DNA of 64,000 nt from Felis catus (GCF_018350175.1 NC_058368.1:230580001-230644000); one strand, 5' to 3'. Numbered from the stretch's first letter, positions 51,691 through 64,000 are shown. Translations and numbers: made by a program. The notes: generated by a model from the letters alone, not told the origin.

Positions 51691-53643
51691 AAAACCATAG
51701 TCCACAAAACATTCTGACCTATTTGTGCATATTCATGAGATGTTCAAAGATTTTTTTTTTCTCTGAAATGTAAGAATAGAGAGTTTGAGGGTGGTCTGGC
51801 GTGTGTTAATTTCTTCCAATTGTGTGAACATCCTTACTGTAGCATACATCACTAAATGGGCCTTAAAGAGAAGAGGTGTTTTTATCAGTCCTATGGTCAA
51901 AGAAAATTACTTGTGAAACTAACTTAAAAATCATTTCAGGAAACCATCCATGAAAGAGTGTGTATCCACAATGCCAATCCAGAAAATGGTCCTGATAGGT
52001 CTTGTCCAATCTTCATTATTGTTAATGGGAAGTTTCTTTCACTATAGATGATCTCATAACTGTCCTCTGACTTGACTGAAAATTTCTTTTAAGAAAGTCA
52101 TGTGTTTCATTTCATTAGCCCTTGCCCTTTTTTTCCAAAGTTAATAGTCGAGATTTACACACGAGTTGAATAAGCAGTACTGAACTGGGTTGAGTCGGGC
52201 ATCTTCCCTACTTTCCTGCTTATCTCAGCCGTCCTTCCATGTGATTTACCTCTTTTTTATATAATGACTAATTTGGGGATCAAAACAAGGTTTTTATAAC
52301 TGCAGATAGCCTCATCTCCCACCTACACTTGAATTTGGTTACTGCTTTTCACCGCCCTTAAAAGGAATCCAGAAGAACTGTTCTGAATCTTAACACTAAA
52401 CTCACCACTTATCACTCGATTCTGTTATGACATCAGGCGCTGAGATTCCCAAGGCCTTCGACAAGTTTTAACAAAATAGAAATTCTTTATTGAAAGGAGA
52501 GTTTTTAAAATTGGGGATTAATCATTGAAAAATAGAGGGAGAGCAGTTTGCTCTGGTTAATTTGTACAGATCTGCCCTCCCTAAAATGCCCTTAAAAATT
52601 ATTAACAGAAATAAGTTTAATTCAAACCTGATTTGTAAATTCCAGATAGCATAAGGCACAGGTGGAAAAACATGCCTCTCTACGACTCTGTATTTATGTG
52701 TTTTATTTCTAAATATATAGAAATTTAAAGTATGCCATGCCTTTAATGAGTCGGACTGGTGAGTTGCCAGTCATAGTCTGTTTGAACTGTACAACTCATT
52801 GTGTTTTGCTAATACAACCACCAACACTGGGGTTCTGGGGTCCTGAGGCTTTGAGTAGCTGTGCTCAACACCCACGATGAATTGCACCAACGGTGCAGTC
52901 ACCCCTCATTTGACAATGTTGGTGAAGATCAGGTGTGGTATAATCATCAATGACTCTTATAGGAATCTTATACTTACTATTTTCAAGTCTGGATAACTTA
53001 AATTATTCTTTTCACGTCATTTTAAACACCCATTATGGACATCCTGTCACATCTATCTCTTTCAAAATACATTTGGGTTTTTTTTTCTAAATTTAACAAT
53101 TATATAGGAAATAGGGTTGACTGTGTCACTGCATTTTGTCATGAGACAGAAATACCATTAACAGTCTCAACCGTTACTTGTCAGTAAGGAACTGTGTATT
53201 GCGGCTTAGGTTATAATCACTTGTCACATTAGAAACACTCAATTGTTCAGTCCTTCAATCAATAGTTATAGTCTTTCAAGTAGAAGTTGCTATGGTATCA
53301 GTCTAGTGATGGGTCAAAATTAAAGTATATAAAAAAAAAAAAAGCAATGTGTCTTTGACCTTCGCATGTTATGACCCTGTGATGTGTTGACATTTTAATT
53401 GAAAGGTTAAGACCTGCTATTCATTACACATTTGTAGTCTTTTTCTATTTTGTACCCAAGCAAGAAGGAGAAACAAAAAAATTACAGTTTCTGAAGAATT
53501 TTTGCATGCTGTGTCTCGACTACCTTACCACTCTCTGAATATTAATGCATGTTCCTCAAGAGTTGCTTAACTGTTGTCATGGACAAATATCTAGCTAACA
53601 ATGATAAAATACAGCAACACATAACATTTAACCTTTGATTGAT

Positions 53644-53663
53644 TATATATATATATATATATA
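53644..53663. repeat. (TA)n microsatellite
   Basis: Read directly from the sequence. Confidence 0.9.
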
Positions 53664-54367
53664 ACCTGAATTGATTATATAAGGTTAACACACACCTGTA
53701 CCTGTATCCATGAAAAGCTCTAAATTCTCTGTCTTTAAATCAAAGGAACCTAATATTACATGTAGCGCATGACACTAACAAAAATTCTGAAATCATTTAG
53801 CAACCATGCATTTAGTAAAGGAAAATATGTTACGTATATACGTTTCATCTTTCATAGTGAAAAAAATTGAATTTATGAGAACGCTACTTTTTTTCTCTTG
53901 AAAACGCATGATATAACTAGTGTTTTCAAACACAGCCAAAATTGTATTTCATCTCAGCGATAAAGATAGTAAGCATGACTGTTACTGTCACCAGTAAGCA
54001 AGTGGATGAAGGAACTTTCAACTTACTTGGTCTAAATCGCAAACTTGAAGACCCAGGAAAATAGCAGACATTTAATTGACCGTGTCTTAACATCCCATAA
54101 TTCCATCACAAAATGCATGTCCTCACAACCTCCACTTACTCCGGCTCTCCTATCCAACCTCAACCTCATCCCATCTAACCATCTGCTCACTTTCTATTTA
54201 TTTCAAAAGCCATTTTATTTCAAAGGCATTTTTGGTCCCCACTCAGATTTTCTCTTCTGGGAATCTTTGGGCCACTGCCCCACTGGTCAGCTTCAGGTGG
54301 GTTCACCTCGGAGTCCTCATGAATGGTTATGTCCTGCCCGACTCCAGGAGTCACCATACACAGAGAC

Positions 54368-54598
54368 CAGGGGTCAGCAATCTACAGGCCAGGGACCACA
54401 TCCCACCTGCTTTTGCACTGCCTGCTTTTGTAAATAACATTTTATTGGAACGCAGCCACATCCACTCGCTGATGTATTATTTATGACTCCTCTAGCGGTA
54501 CAGTCACAGGGCTCAGTAGCTGTGATCGAGACCATATGGCCCTCCGAGTGGCGTATATTTATTATCTGACCCTTTATAGGAAAATGCGCCAGCCCCTG
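54368..54598. mobile_element. MER58A hAT-Charlie MITE
   Basis: Terminal inverted repeats caggggtcagcaa / tgcgccagcccctg; internal tttgtaaataacattttattggaacgcagccac and gagaccatatggccc. Confidence 0.88.
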
Positions 54599-55493
54599 AG
54601 ACAGGCCACAGTGGCACTAACAGCCACTAGAGGGTGCAGCTGTTTATGGAATTGGCCATTAGAATAAAGTATCTACAGGTAATTAATTAATAGCTTCCGC
54701 CACCACCGGCCAAAATAACTTCCAAGAATGTGATCACATTAAAGCAACACAGATTTATTGACCTCGTGTCTGTTTGGAGACACAGGTTGGCACCGACCCA
54801 AAAGTCGAAATATTTAGCTGTTGTGTGTTTCATAACGATTTTAAAGCCATGACTCAAAAAACAAAAAAAAAATGATCCGCAGGATGGAACTTTAATTGTA
54901 CACAGGGCTTTACTTCTAGATGTTTATGCCTTCCTGTATATGCATGTGAGAGAGCACACACACACATCTTCCTTCGCTGCCGGTCCCTTGTGCGTGGTAC
55001 CATCGGCAAATGGAGAGCAGCTCCCTGTAATCACGTAGGCATGCGGAACCAACACTATACATGCTCTCAAGCTTCAGCTGAGAAAATGAAAATATTTTTT
55101 TTCTTCTTGATGCTACACAGATATTACACAACACTGCCGTTAAAACTCCCAGATCTGGCCCTTCCCGATCGGTGTGTTTCTCTTCTTTCTTTTCCCCTTT
55201 ATAGTCAAACACCTAATTTGCATTCGGACTCAAGGCTCTGCTCTTCCTTTTGCATTTTGAAAATTCTTTGCCAAGCTGACTGTGTTCCTATCTCTTGCCC
55301 TCATGGGTGTGCCGATGAGAGGAAGGTTGGAGACTGGTGGACCATCCCTTGCACTCCCAGGGGTGGGAGGGAAAGAGCCGGGAGGCCATACGGATGTGGT
55401 TTTTTTCTGTAAACGCTGGATCCTGATGAGTCAGTGTCAGTCTGAAACCCAGCTGACCCACTTTTACCATCTTACGTGTCTTCTCTCTATCAG

Positions 55494-55578
55494 ACACTCT
55501 CCAAAAGTGGTCAAGGCCGCATCTCAGGTCCTAAACAGCATGTGGCAGTACCGAGATCTGAGGAGTCTCTACAAAAAG
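55494..55578 (+). CDS. CTNND2: Delta-catenin internal coding exon (85 nt; probably equivalent to human exon 18)
   Basis: Branch-point-like CTGAC at 55453-55457, pyrimidine tract and cAG at 55491-55493, donor AAG|GTAAGA at 55579. AA from the previous exon plus A gives Lys, then [28 protein letters not shown]. Confidence 0.97.
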
Positions 55579-57990
55579 GTAAGATTTGCTTTACCTTCTT
55601 GGTCCCTGGTTCACACAGACCCTGAGCCCAAAGACAAAATATCCGGTCACAACCACGTACATTATAGATATGGAAAGTGCTTGTCCAACAGTCCGAGTGA
55701 TGGAAACACAACTAAAAGGCAGGACAGTCAATGAGGAAGCAGGAGAGAAGGGTCAGCAAGTGTCCCCGAATATACACTAAGATCCAAGAACCTTCTGGAT
55801 TAGACAGACCCATATGCATAGGGTCTTACCCTAGATTGTCTCACGGAAATGCAAGTAACTGTTTTCCCGAGCTTCCATATTGTACGATAGACTAAAAATT
55901 AAAGAACTGAACGATTTTGCCAAAAAAAAAAGAAAGAAAAAAGAAAAAACAGGCATCAACAATAATGGTGGAGAGAAGACAGAAAAAAAAAATGTAAAAA
56001 GCAATTCAGGAAGCCAAGAAGTGTCACAGCCCAAGAGCAACGAGGAGAAAACCCTACAGCCTGCCCTGTGTGCCTCACCCAACCGTCCCTGAGTTACCGC
56101 CCAGCAGGAAAGGCCTGATGTTCCTAATGACGGGTGCACATCAGGAGGCAGAGGCTAGGCATTTGTCCCGCACACTCTCAGGAGGCAGGAGGGAGTTTGT
56201 ATCATACATGTCGCAAGGGTGTTCATCCCCAAAATGGTTTCAAGTGTAAAATCATAAGGGAAAAATGTCACATCTAGAAATTTTGCTCTGTATGTCATTT
56301 CCAAGTGATGGTAAATAAAGGGTGCATAACTTTTCCTTTTAGGGTTAGAAGGGGAGAATTTTTTAACAACGTGTCTCAGAAGTTGTTTCTGTTGTTCTTG
56401 GACCAGCAAATGTGGATAGCTTAAAGGATTGATGATCCCATGATAGATTTGAGTGGATGGACAGGGGAAGAGACCGTCGTTAATCCGCAGGGAGAATAGT
56501 GTAGGCATCGATCTCCGTAGGGATTCAGAAAGCTTCAACAGGACTGGGGTGGGGGGCATGGGCTTCCTCAACAACTGCCGAGAGTACCTCCTTACACCCT
56601 CTGGCCACCGGCATGAGAAGAAGGAGGAGCCAACGTCACTGCTGCCTTCATCCCCTAGCCTGCCATTCTTGGGTTGGGAATGTGGGGCTGCGGCAAGAGG
56701 TCACATCACAGAGAGCAAGACCCGTCTTGCCAGAGGGAAATTTTTCTAAGCCGGTGGGAAAAGAGTAAATATTTACTAACTGGTTCTACTGAGTTGGAGC
56801 CTGTGTGTAGACTTACCCCAAGGTCTTTCTATCTCCCTTATACTCTCATTACTTTGCCCTTCGAGTTTACAAAGTTTAGCCTATATATTTCTCTTTCAAG
56901 ATTTTCCTATTTGCTAAGAGCAAGTGTGTTTAAGTTGAAACCGAGATGGCAAAACGCAGTGTTAGGGGAGTGTTGTAGATTAGTTATATTCTTTTCTAAA
57001 TATTTGGCACGTTAGCGTAAGCCCTTCTCTCAAATGTTTTGGGTTACGTTTTGTTTTGCTTGAAATTCACATCCCAGAATCCCTACTTCGTTCCTTCCTG
57101 GACTCCTCCAGGAGCCAAATGAATTCTCTCCCAGGGCAGGATCCTTCAGCTGAACAGGCAGCTTGGCATGAAGAACACGCTATCAATTAGAAGGGAGCTG
57201 GTCGTTCTGAATCGGTGGCTCCGGAAGCTCGATGAAATATTACTGCCTCAAATAAACTCCACTTTCCCTTGGATCCTGAACATTTGTTTGCTGAAATACA
57301 CCTTCCCCTACTTATGTGCATCGAAGGGGAACTGCTTTTAGAGACTCTACAAGTTATTTGTTGAATACTAGTACAAGTTTGCCATCTTAGTTTCTTTCTG
57401 TGTCGGTAGTACAGTCCAGAAAGTGTAATTGTCTTTTAATTTTCATGAAGGAGAAAAATGTGTTGACAGGAATTTAATGGAGCTAAAAATCAAGAGCTAA
57501 AGATGATTTAAAATGGGTTTCGTGTGAGGACATTCAAGGAGGATGAGCTGGAGAAACGGATGCCAATGTTTTCAGTTGACCCGTGGTGATGTTTTCAGTT
57601 GACCCATGATTTAAAAAGGTGGAGAAAGAGCCGTTCTTAATAATTTCCAAATTATGCGGTTGTGAAATGAAATGAGGACCTTTATGCTCAATATCATAAT
57701 AGCAAAGCTCACCGTTCACAAAAGCTTTTCTTTTTGAAAACTCCTTTGGTGAGAAGACCAGATTCATTCATGCTTGTGAATTGTTTTTAATCAGTGGGGA
57801 AATAGATTTCCTTTTTGTTCTTCCTTGACAATTTGCATATCATTGAAAAAATGTCTGATCCGTATCTTTTAATTCTCCACGCTTCAAATCTGTTTATTAA
57901 ACATCTATCGTAGGCTTAAAGGAAGAAGAGTTTCAGAGAAAACATAAGACGTGGGAAGTAGCTAATGTGGGTAAAAATGAAATATGGAAT

Positions 57991-58204
57991 GGGGCACCTG
58001 GGTGGCTCAGTCGGTTGAGCGTCCAACTTCGGCTCAGGTCATGATCTCACAGTTTGTGGGTTCGAGCCCCACATCGGGCTCTGTGCTGACGGCTCAGAGC
58101 CTGGAGCCTGCTTCGGATTCTGTGTCTCCCTGTCTCTCTGCCCCTCCCCCGCTCATGCTCTATCTCTGTCTCTCAAAAGTAAATAAACATTAAAAAAAAT
58201 TTTT
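57991..58204 (+). mobile_element. CAN-SINE
   Basis: Full body; perfect 15-bp TSD aatgaaatatggaat at 57976-57990 and 58205-58219. Confidence 0.96.
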
Positions 58205-58720
58205 AATGAAATATGGAATAATTAGTAACTTCAATAGTTTCAGAGATATGTACTACAAATTTACTGGATGAACTAGGGCTAAGGAAAGTACAGAGAAAAA
58301 TCTTTAAGAATTCATGGAGTTTGCATAAGTTAGGAGGTAAGACATAGAGACATTACGCGTAAGAGGAAAACATGAATAGAAAGAGAGAAATGGAAATGGC
58401 ATATCTATCAGACAGAATTAAAGGTCCATCTGTCACTGGCTAATTTCCTCCCAGGGCTCAGACCCAGAGGCCAGGGTCTCATTTCATTAGCTCAATGACT
58501 TTATTTTACATAGAGAGACACATTTAATACATCAGAATATTCTTCTGGCTGGGTGTGTTGACCAATACAAAATTATGTTTGGTCCCTGACACATTGTGAG
58601 CCAAAACATATTTGTATTATCTGAACCTTCAACTTTAGTGAGGCCTGGACTTTTTTTCCCTAAAGGAAAATCAACAATTGCAGAAGAACTTTATCACATG
58701 CCTCATACACCATCTTTTTC

Positions 58721-58956
58721 TTTTTTTTTTTTTTTTTTTATTTTTATTTTTTTCAACGTTTATTTATTTTTGGGACAGAGAGAGACAGAGCATGAACGGG
58801 GGAGGGGCAGAGAGAGAGGGAGACACAGAATTGGAAACAGGCTCCAGGCTCTGAGCCATCAGCCCAGAGCCCGACGCGGGGCTCGAACTCACAGACCGCG
58901 AGATCGTGACCTGGCTGAAGTCGGACGCTTAACCGACTGCGCCACCCAGGCGCCCC
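58721..58956 (-). mobile_element. Young SINEC_Fc-type SINE
   Basis: Body nearly identical to 11165-11395; inserted in a T-rich site. Confidence 0.97.
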
Positions 58957-59329
58957 TCTTTTTTTTTTTTAACCAGTCCTTAAGTTTGGATAACCACAAA
59001 CAGAGCTTTAAAACTTCTTTATCCGCTGTATCATCACAGAGGCTGTTTGGTATTGGAAAAGAAGATGAACCCTTGATATAGGCATGAAGGACAAACTGGA
59101 GGTCAATGATTCTGGACTTCTTCAAACCTCGGTACTTTAGGAAATTGAGGTCACTGACATAATGGGGTGCTTATGTTTGACCCTGGTAAGGACCATCGGG
59201 ACAGCTGGTTTTAGAAGAAAGGAGACAAAATTGGGGTGGTGGGGAGACATAGAGTTATACGATTACAGAAATCATTGTTTACAGACCCTTATATAATGCC
59301 TTAATGGTCTGTACAGCATCTCCCAGACC

Positions 59330-59710
59330 TAGTTATACCGGTTGGGATGCAGGCTATGCTGTTCTAACCGAAAGACTTAAAAGTGTTCAGAAGCTCACCT
59401 GAACAGGTATCTACTTCTCACTCATGGAACCATAGGCAGGTGGCCCAGGGCCAGCAGGTGATTCCGGGAGCCATCTTGTCGCTGTACTTTGCCTTGTTGT
59501 CCTTGCCTTTGTAGGCAAAGTTCCCTAGCTCGGCCGTCTCTCATTCCAGCACACAGGAAGAGAGAGAGGGGAAGTGAGGACCAGTGAGGTCCTTGTAAGC
59601 AAGGATACAGAAAGTGCTGAACTCCTGCTCACATCCCCGCACCAAGAACTCAGTCGCATGGCCGCACCCAGCTACGAGGCAGGATGGGAAAAGTGAGCAG
59701 CCGTGATCCT
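59330..59710 (-). mobile_element. Old MLT1 (J/K/L-like) MaLR LTR
   Basis: ggctatgctgttctaac...ttctcactcatg...ctgctcacatcccc..ccaagaactcagtcgcatggccgcacccagctac resembles this group; degraded. Confidence 0.6.
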
Positions 59711-60264
59711 CGCTAAACTTTACGGGGGGAGGAAGGTGGTTATTTTACTAGAAGAAGAAAGGCAGTAAAAGCTCCAGTAGTCATTTCCCTGTGTTCAAAT
59801 ACATTTAATATCAATTGCATTCACTGTCTAATGAGGCATATTATTCCATTTTAGGGTAGCTGTGGTTATTCAGAACTTCTTACTTGCATTAAGTAAGAAT
59901 CTCTTGATCAGCAACTTCTGCCCTCCAGTGCCATTCTGAAAAGTGTAATTTTTCTTCTCTACGATAGCCTTCCTGTTTTTGAAGCTAGTCATTCCATCTC
60001 CACGAGGTCATGCCTTCCCAGGCCAGACATGCTCAGTTCTAATATATCAGCATTTCCATGACCTTCGCATGACTCTCTCTTTTTTCTACATGCATGCAAG
60101 TTTCTCAGGATCCTTTCTGTAAGGGGGCACCCCCAAATGAGAATATTCCTCCAAATTTAGTTAAAATGGAAGAAAGAGAGTGAGACTGGGCTTCCCTGGT
60201 GCTGGCACTCACCTGCCCATAAGGTTCAAGAGCAAGTGAGTGCCGGGGAGGCTCATCCTTCTAC

Positions 60265-60370
60265 CTGGTGAAGTACAAAGAGCACAAGGCTTAGAATCAC
60301 ATGGCCAGAGATCCAAGGAGCGGCTTGCCCCTCACTAGCAGCGTGACATGGCAAGCGCCTTGAGACCTCC
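60265..60370 (+). mobile_element. MIR 5' fragment
   Basis: aaagagcacaaggcttagaatcac...cccctcactagcagcgtgacatggcaag. Confidence 0.55.
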
Positions 60371-61419
60371 CTGCCTATTAGGTAGGAATTGACTTTGGGC
60401 AGCCCTGTGGTGCCTTCCTGCAGACGGACAGCACACAGACCTTCAGTTCACCAGGTCTCACTGTCAATGCTCACAGGTGTGCTGGTGTTGTCTTATAGCC
60501 TTTATCTGAAACTGGTCACCAGCCATTACTAATGCGGAGTCTCCAGAGAAGTGAATAACCTCTTAAAATTGTCTGTGGCAATTCTACCTGGTGGAATGCT
60601 CTCTCTAGGCATCCGGACATGTCTTCAGGGCCCTACAGGTTTGGGAGGCCTGGGCCTCCTTGATACTTGCCTTCTGCTTTGTGTTCCAGTCTGGCGTCAA
60701 AAGACCTATCACATCCTTTGATGGAGACAGTGGGCATCTCTCTGTCAGTCCCACCCCGCCCCTTGGTTTTCTCAACCGTGCGGTAAACACAGATACACAT
60801 GCCTGGTAGGATCGCTGATTGTGCCCAATGGGACAGTAATCATCAAAGAGCTTTGTAAACTGGAAAGTCATATGCCCATGGGAGTTCTAAAATTGTTCAT
60901 TGTTCATGCCATTTGGCTGACAAATGCTCTCTGCCATTCTGTTCACAGGCAGCTGGATGTTTGGATCCAAGGGTTTCATTTGGCCATCACCATCATCATC
61001 ATGATCATTATTGGCTTCTACATTTTCATAGCTCTCTTCCTCCTTGGTTTCCCTACCCTCTCTCCTCCTGGCCCCTAGATGCCTCTCTGGTGCCCCAGCT
61101 TGCACTCTAAGGGTATAAGTAAACCAGGTTACACAGGGCTTTACGGGGAGGCCATTAATGACAATGTAAGTTGCCATGGTTTTAGAAGGGAAGTGAAGGC
61201 TGTTATTTTATTTAGTGCCAACCCGTGTGTGTGCAGGTCACATGTACTGAAGACTAACATTACATAGAGGATGGTGGAATCTAGGACAGCAAAAAGAAGA
61301 CATGAGTTCAAGCCCTGACTTAGTAAATAGCATGCCACGTTTCCCTGATAAGGGGCCCTGCTGTGATCCTGTGTGTTTTTCAGTCTGAAAATGATGTCGT
61401 AAAACAGCATCACTCGCAG

Positions 61420-62625
61420 AAATATTCTTCTGGTGACTCCTATGACATCACTGTCCCCTAAGTCACCTCAAGTTGTCTGATTGCTGCTTCTTCATCATTC
61501 TTGGGCTCATCTTCTTGTTCGTGCTTGAATGTGATGTCCCCCGGGTGTGTGTCTAGATCTTTCTTTCTTTTTTTTTAATTTATTTGAAACAAATTTTTTC
61601 AGTGTTTATTTATTTTTGAGAGCAAGAGAGAGACAGAGCATGAGCAGGGGAGGGGCAGAGAGAGAGAGGGAGACACAGAATCCGAAGCAAGCTCCAGGCT
61701 CTAAGCCATCAGCACAGAGCCTGATGTGGGCCTTGAACTCATGAACAGCAAGATCATGGCCTGAGCCGAAGTCGGACACTTAACCACTGAGCCACCCAGG
61801 CACCCCTGTGTCTAGATCTTTCTTATCTCATGCACAGCCTCTTCCTGGTCTCTGGACTCTTTCCTGGGCTTCAGTTACTGCCCACATGTAAGGCTCTTCC
61901 GAGCCTGTCTGTCTGTACATCTGGCCACCTGCCAGATAACCTACTCAGATGCCTCAAACAAAACTGGATCTCAAACTGACCTACCCTGCTGGGTTTGACT
62001 CCTCGTCCTACATCCTCCCTCACCTAAGCCCATACCCAGGAACCATGGCTGGCCCTCTCCTCTCCTTCACGTGTCTGCATCCATCCCACCAGAAAGCCCC
62101 ACACTTCTGCTTCTGTCTGCTTCTTCCTATGGTCATGACCGTGAGACAGCTGGCTTCTTTCTTCTGGATGATTGCCACAGACCTGTAACTGGGTTCTCCA
62201 CCCTCAGGCTGCCTCCTCTCCAGGCCATTCTCCAAAGGGCAAGCAGGGCAGACTTTCTAGAAAGCAACTTTGACTAAGTGGCTCTTGGGAGCCATACCTT
62301 CCAGTGGTTCCCGTTGCCTCAGGATGGAGTCCAAACATCTTAGTTCAGGCCTCGAGACCTTTTAGGAGCAGCCTCAGCCTAGCTCCCCAGCTCACCCCTG
62401 GCCTTCTGCCTACATGTAGCCACCAGCTATACTGAACTCCTGTGTCCCCAGGTCACTTTCCCTCCTTCTCTCCCCACCCTCCCAAGCCCTTCCACAGTCC
62501 ATGCCCCACCACCCCACTTGCCCACCTAATCTTCTTCATTTGTCCTACATTTTCTATATCACCTACCCTGAAAATCATCCTTCTGACCTCTTCTCCAGGG
62601 CTGAATTAAGGCCATTCCTTATAAT
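61420..62625 (+). mobile_element. LINE-2 fragment interrupted by a SINE
   Basis: cttcagttactgcccacatg...cagatgcctcaaac...ccttccagtggttcccgttgcctcaggatggagtccaaac; approximate ends. Confidence 0.65.
61566..61806 (-). mobile_element. CAN-SINE
   Basis: Perfect 18-bp TSD tgtgtctagatctttctt at 61548-61565 and 61807-61824. Confidence 0.96.
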
Positions 62626-62776
62626 GTCAAATAACTGGAAGGTATTTCCATTTGAATGAATAAAAAATTTTCAATTCAAACTTCTAAGCATTATGAATAG
62701 TTGGAGCTTACAGCTAAAAAGGTTGCAGCAGAAGGTGCCATAATATTTAATATCTAAAAAGAATTTTTTGTACTTT

Positions 62777-62989
62777 AAAAAAAATGTTTATTTGTTTTGA
62801 GAGAGAGAAAGAGAGAGAGAAAGCACGAGTGGGGAAGGGGAGAGGGAGAGGGAGGAGGAGAATCCCAAGCAGGCTCCACACTGTCAGTGCAAAACCCAGC
62901 ACAGGGCTCAGTCCCACAAACCATGAGATCATGACCTGAGCTGAAACCAAGAGTTGGATGTTTAACCAACTGAGCCACCCAGGTGCCCC
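62777..62989 (-). mobile_element. CAN-SINE
   Basis: Full body; flanks tttgtacttt on both sides. Confidence 0.94.
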
Positions 62990-63147
62990 AGATTTATTTG
63001 TACTTTTATAGAAAACAATTTTCTTGCTTGGTTCAAATATTAATTGCGGGAGGATTTGCATTGTGAACTTATATCACAAGTCATTTCTTAATAGAAATGG
63101 CAATGAAACTTGCCTCTGACTCTAGTACAATTAAAATATCAACCCCT

Positions 63148-63314
63148 GGGGCGCCTGGGTGACTCAGTTGAGTAAACGTCCGACTTCGGCTCAGATCATG
63201 ATCGCACGGTTCACGGGTTCGAGCCCCGCATCGGGCTCTGTGCTGACAGCTCAGAGCCTGGAGCTTGCTTTGGATTCCGTGTCTCCTCTCTCTCTCTGCC
63301 CCTCCTCGGTTCGT

Positions 63315-63358
<44 letters not shown>

Positions 63359-63385
63359 TCTCAAAAATAAATAAACATGAAAAAA
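63148..63385 (+). mobile_element. CAN-SINE with long (CT)n
   Basis: Full body; flanks aaaatatcaacccct / aaaataccaactcct. Confidence 0.95.
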
Positions 63386-64000
63386 AATACCAACTCCTAA
63401 AGAGCAAAATCCTGAATTACATGCAAAATGAGCAAACACTGCCTGAAAGAGGCTGCACTACTATGTGCTAGAAAATTGGAAGGAAGAAAACGAATAAACC
63501 CAGTCTATCCCTCGGGCAAAAATAAAGCAGATGGCTCCACTTTTTTTAAACTTGAGGTTCTTAGTTTACTTGAACTACTTTGATTACTCTGTTCTCCAAA
63601 CTTCTCGATTTCCCCTCTTGGCTGCCAGTGTCTGAAGGCTTTGTATGCAACCCTCGGCTTAATGACATGGAAAATTGGCATTTATCTCCTTCCTAGCCAG
63701 TACAGATCATTGTTTTATTGGTCTTCATGAGGCGTTAGGTCCAAGACCAATGTGCTGGATCTTCCTGAACACAAATTCAGTAACAGGATTGGGTTTTAAA
63801 ATGTCTGTGGCCTGTTTTGCCTTAAAGTGTTCTGTACCCAGCAGTCACTGAAAATGTAGGCTTGCTTATCGCTGGGACTCAGATGGGAACCAGATTTAGC
63901 ACATTGTTTTTAGGCTTTGGATCCAAATCTTTCTTCCATCATAGTTAAACGGTTCTATGTTAGTATTCAGTCAGTAAAGGTGCAAACGAGGTCATCACGC

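Noticed and set aside
55282..55734. 150-aa ORF containing HSPKVVK...
   Set aside because: Only 55494-55578 is the real exon; the rest is read-through into intron.
57991..58070. tRNA-like A/B boxes (gtggctcagtcggtt, gttcgagccc) here and in other copies
   Set aside because: They are heads of tRNA-derived CAN-SINEs followed by CT tract and A tail, not tRNA genes.
59930..60170. Possible CR1/L3 remnant
   Set aside because: Only a short, weak resemblance; cannot be supported without an HMM search.

Overview
Mammalian genomic DNA from a cat-family (felid) genome, inferred from 23 CAN-SINE copies, including the young SINEC_Fc type. The whole window lies inside the + strand gene CTNND2 (delta-catenin). 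Only two coding exons are supported: 50084-50294 (211 nt) and 55494-55578 (85 nt). They splice in frame to give ...[15 protein letters not shown]...[34 protein letters not shown], in the C-terminal armadillo-repeat region (from memory, human exons 17 and 18). The rest is intron filled with CAN-SINEs, L1/L2/MIR relics, solo LTRs, hAT MITEs and microsatellites; all other ORFs in the track look spurious. I see no firm evidence for a new multi-gene system. The best leads are: (i) a sense-biased cluster of 7 GCATG (RBFOX) motifs around a candidate in-frame 36-nt cassette exon between the two exons; (ii) a (UG)23 tract flanked by poison-type cryptic exons (TDP-43-like architecture); (iii) a SINE dimer inside a single TSD; (iv) a twin-primed, 5'-inverted L1; (v) an old L1 with both ends and TSDs, lacking most of ORF2 and carrying two solo LTRs, one with five forkhead motifs. 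Repeat family names are from recognition by eye, and boundaries without TSDs are approximate.
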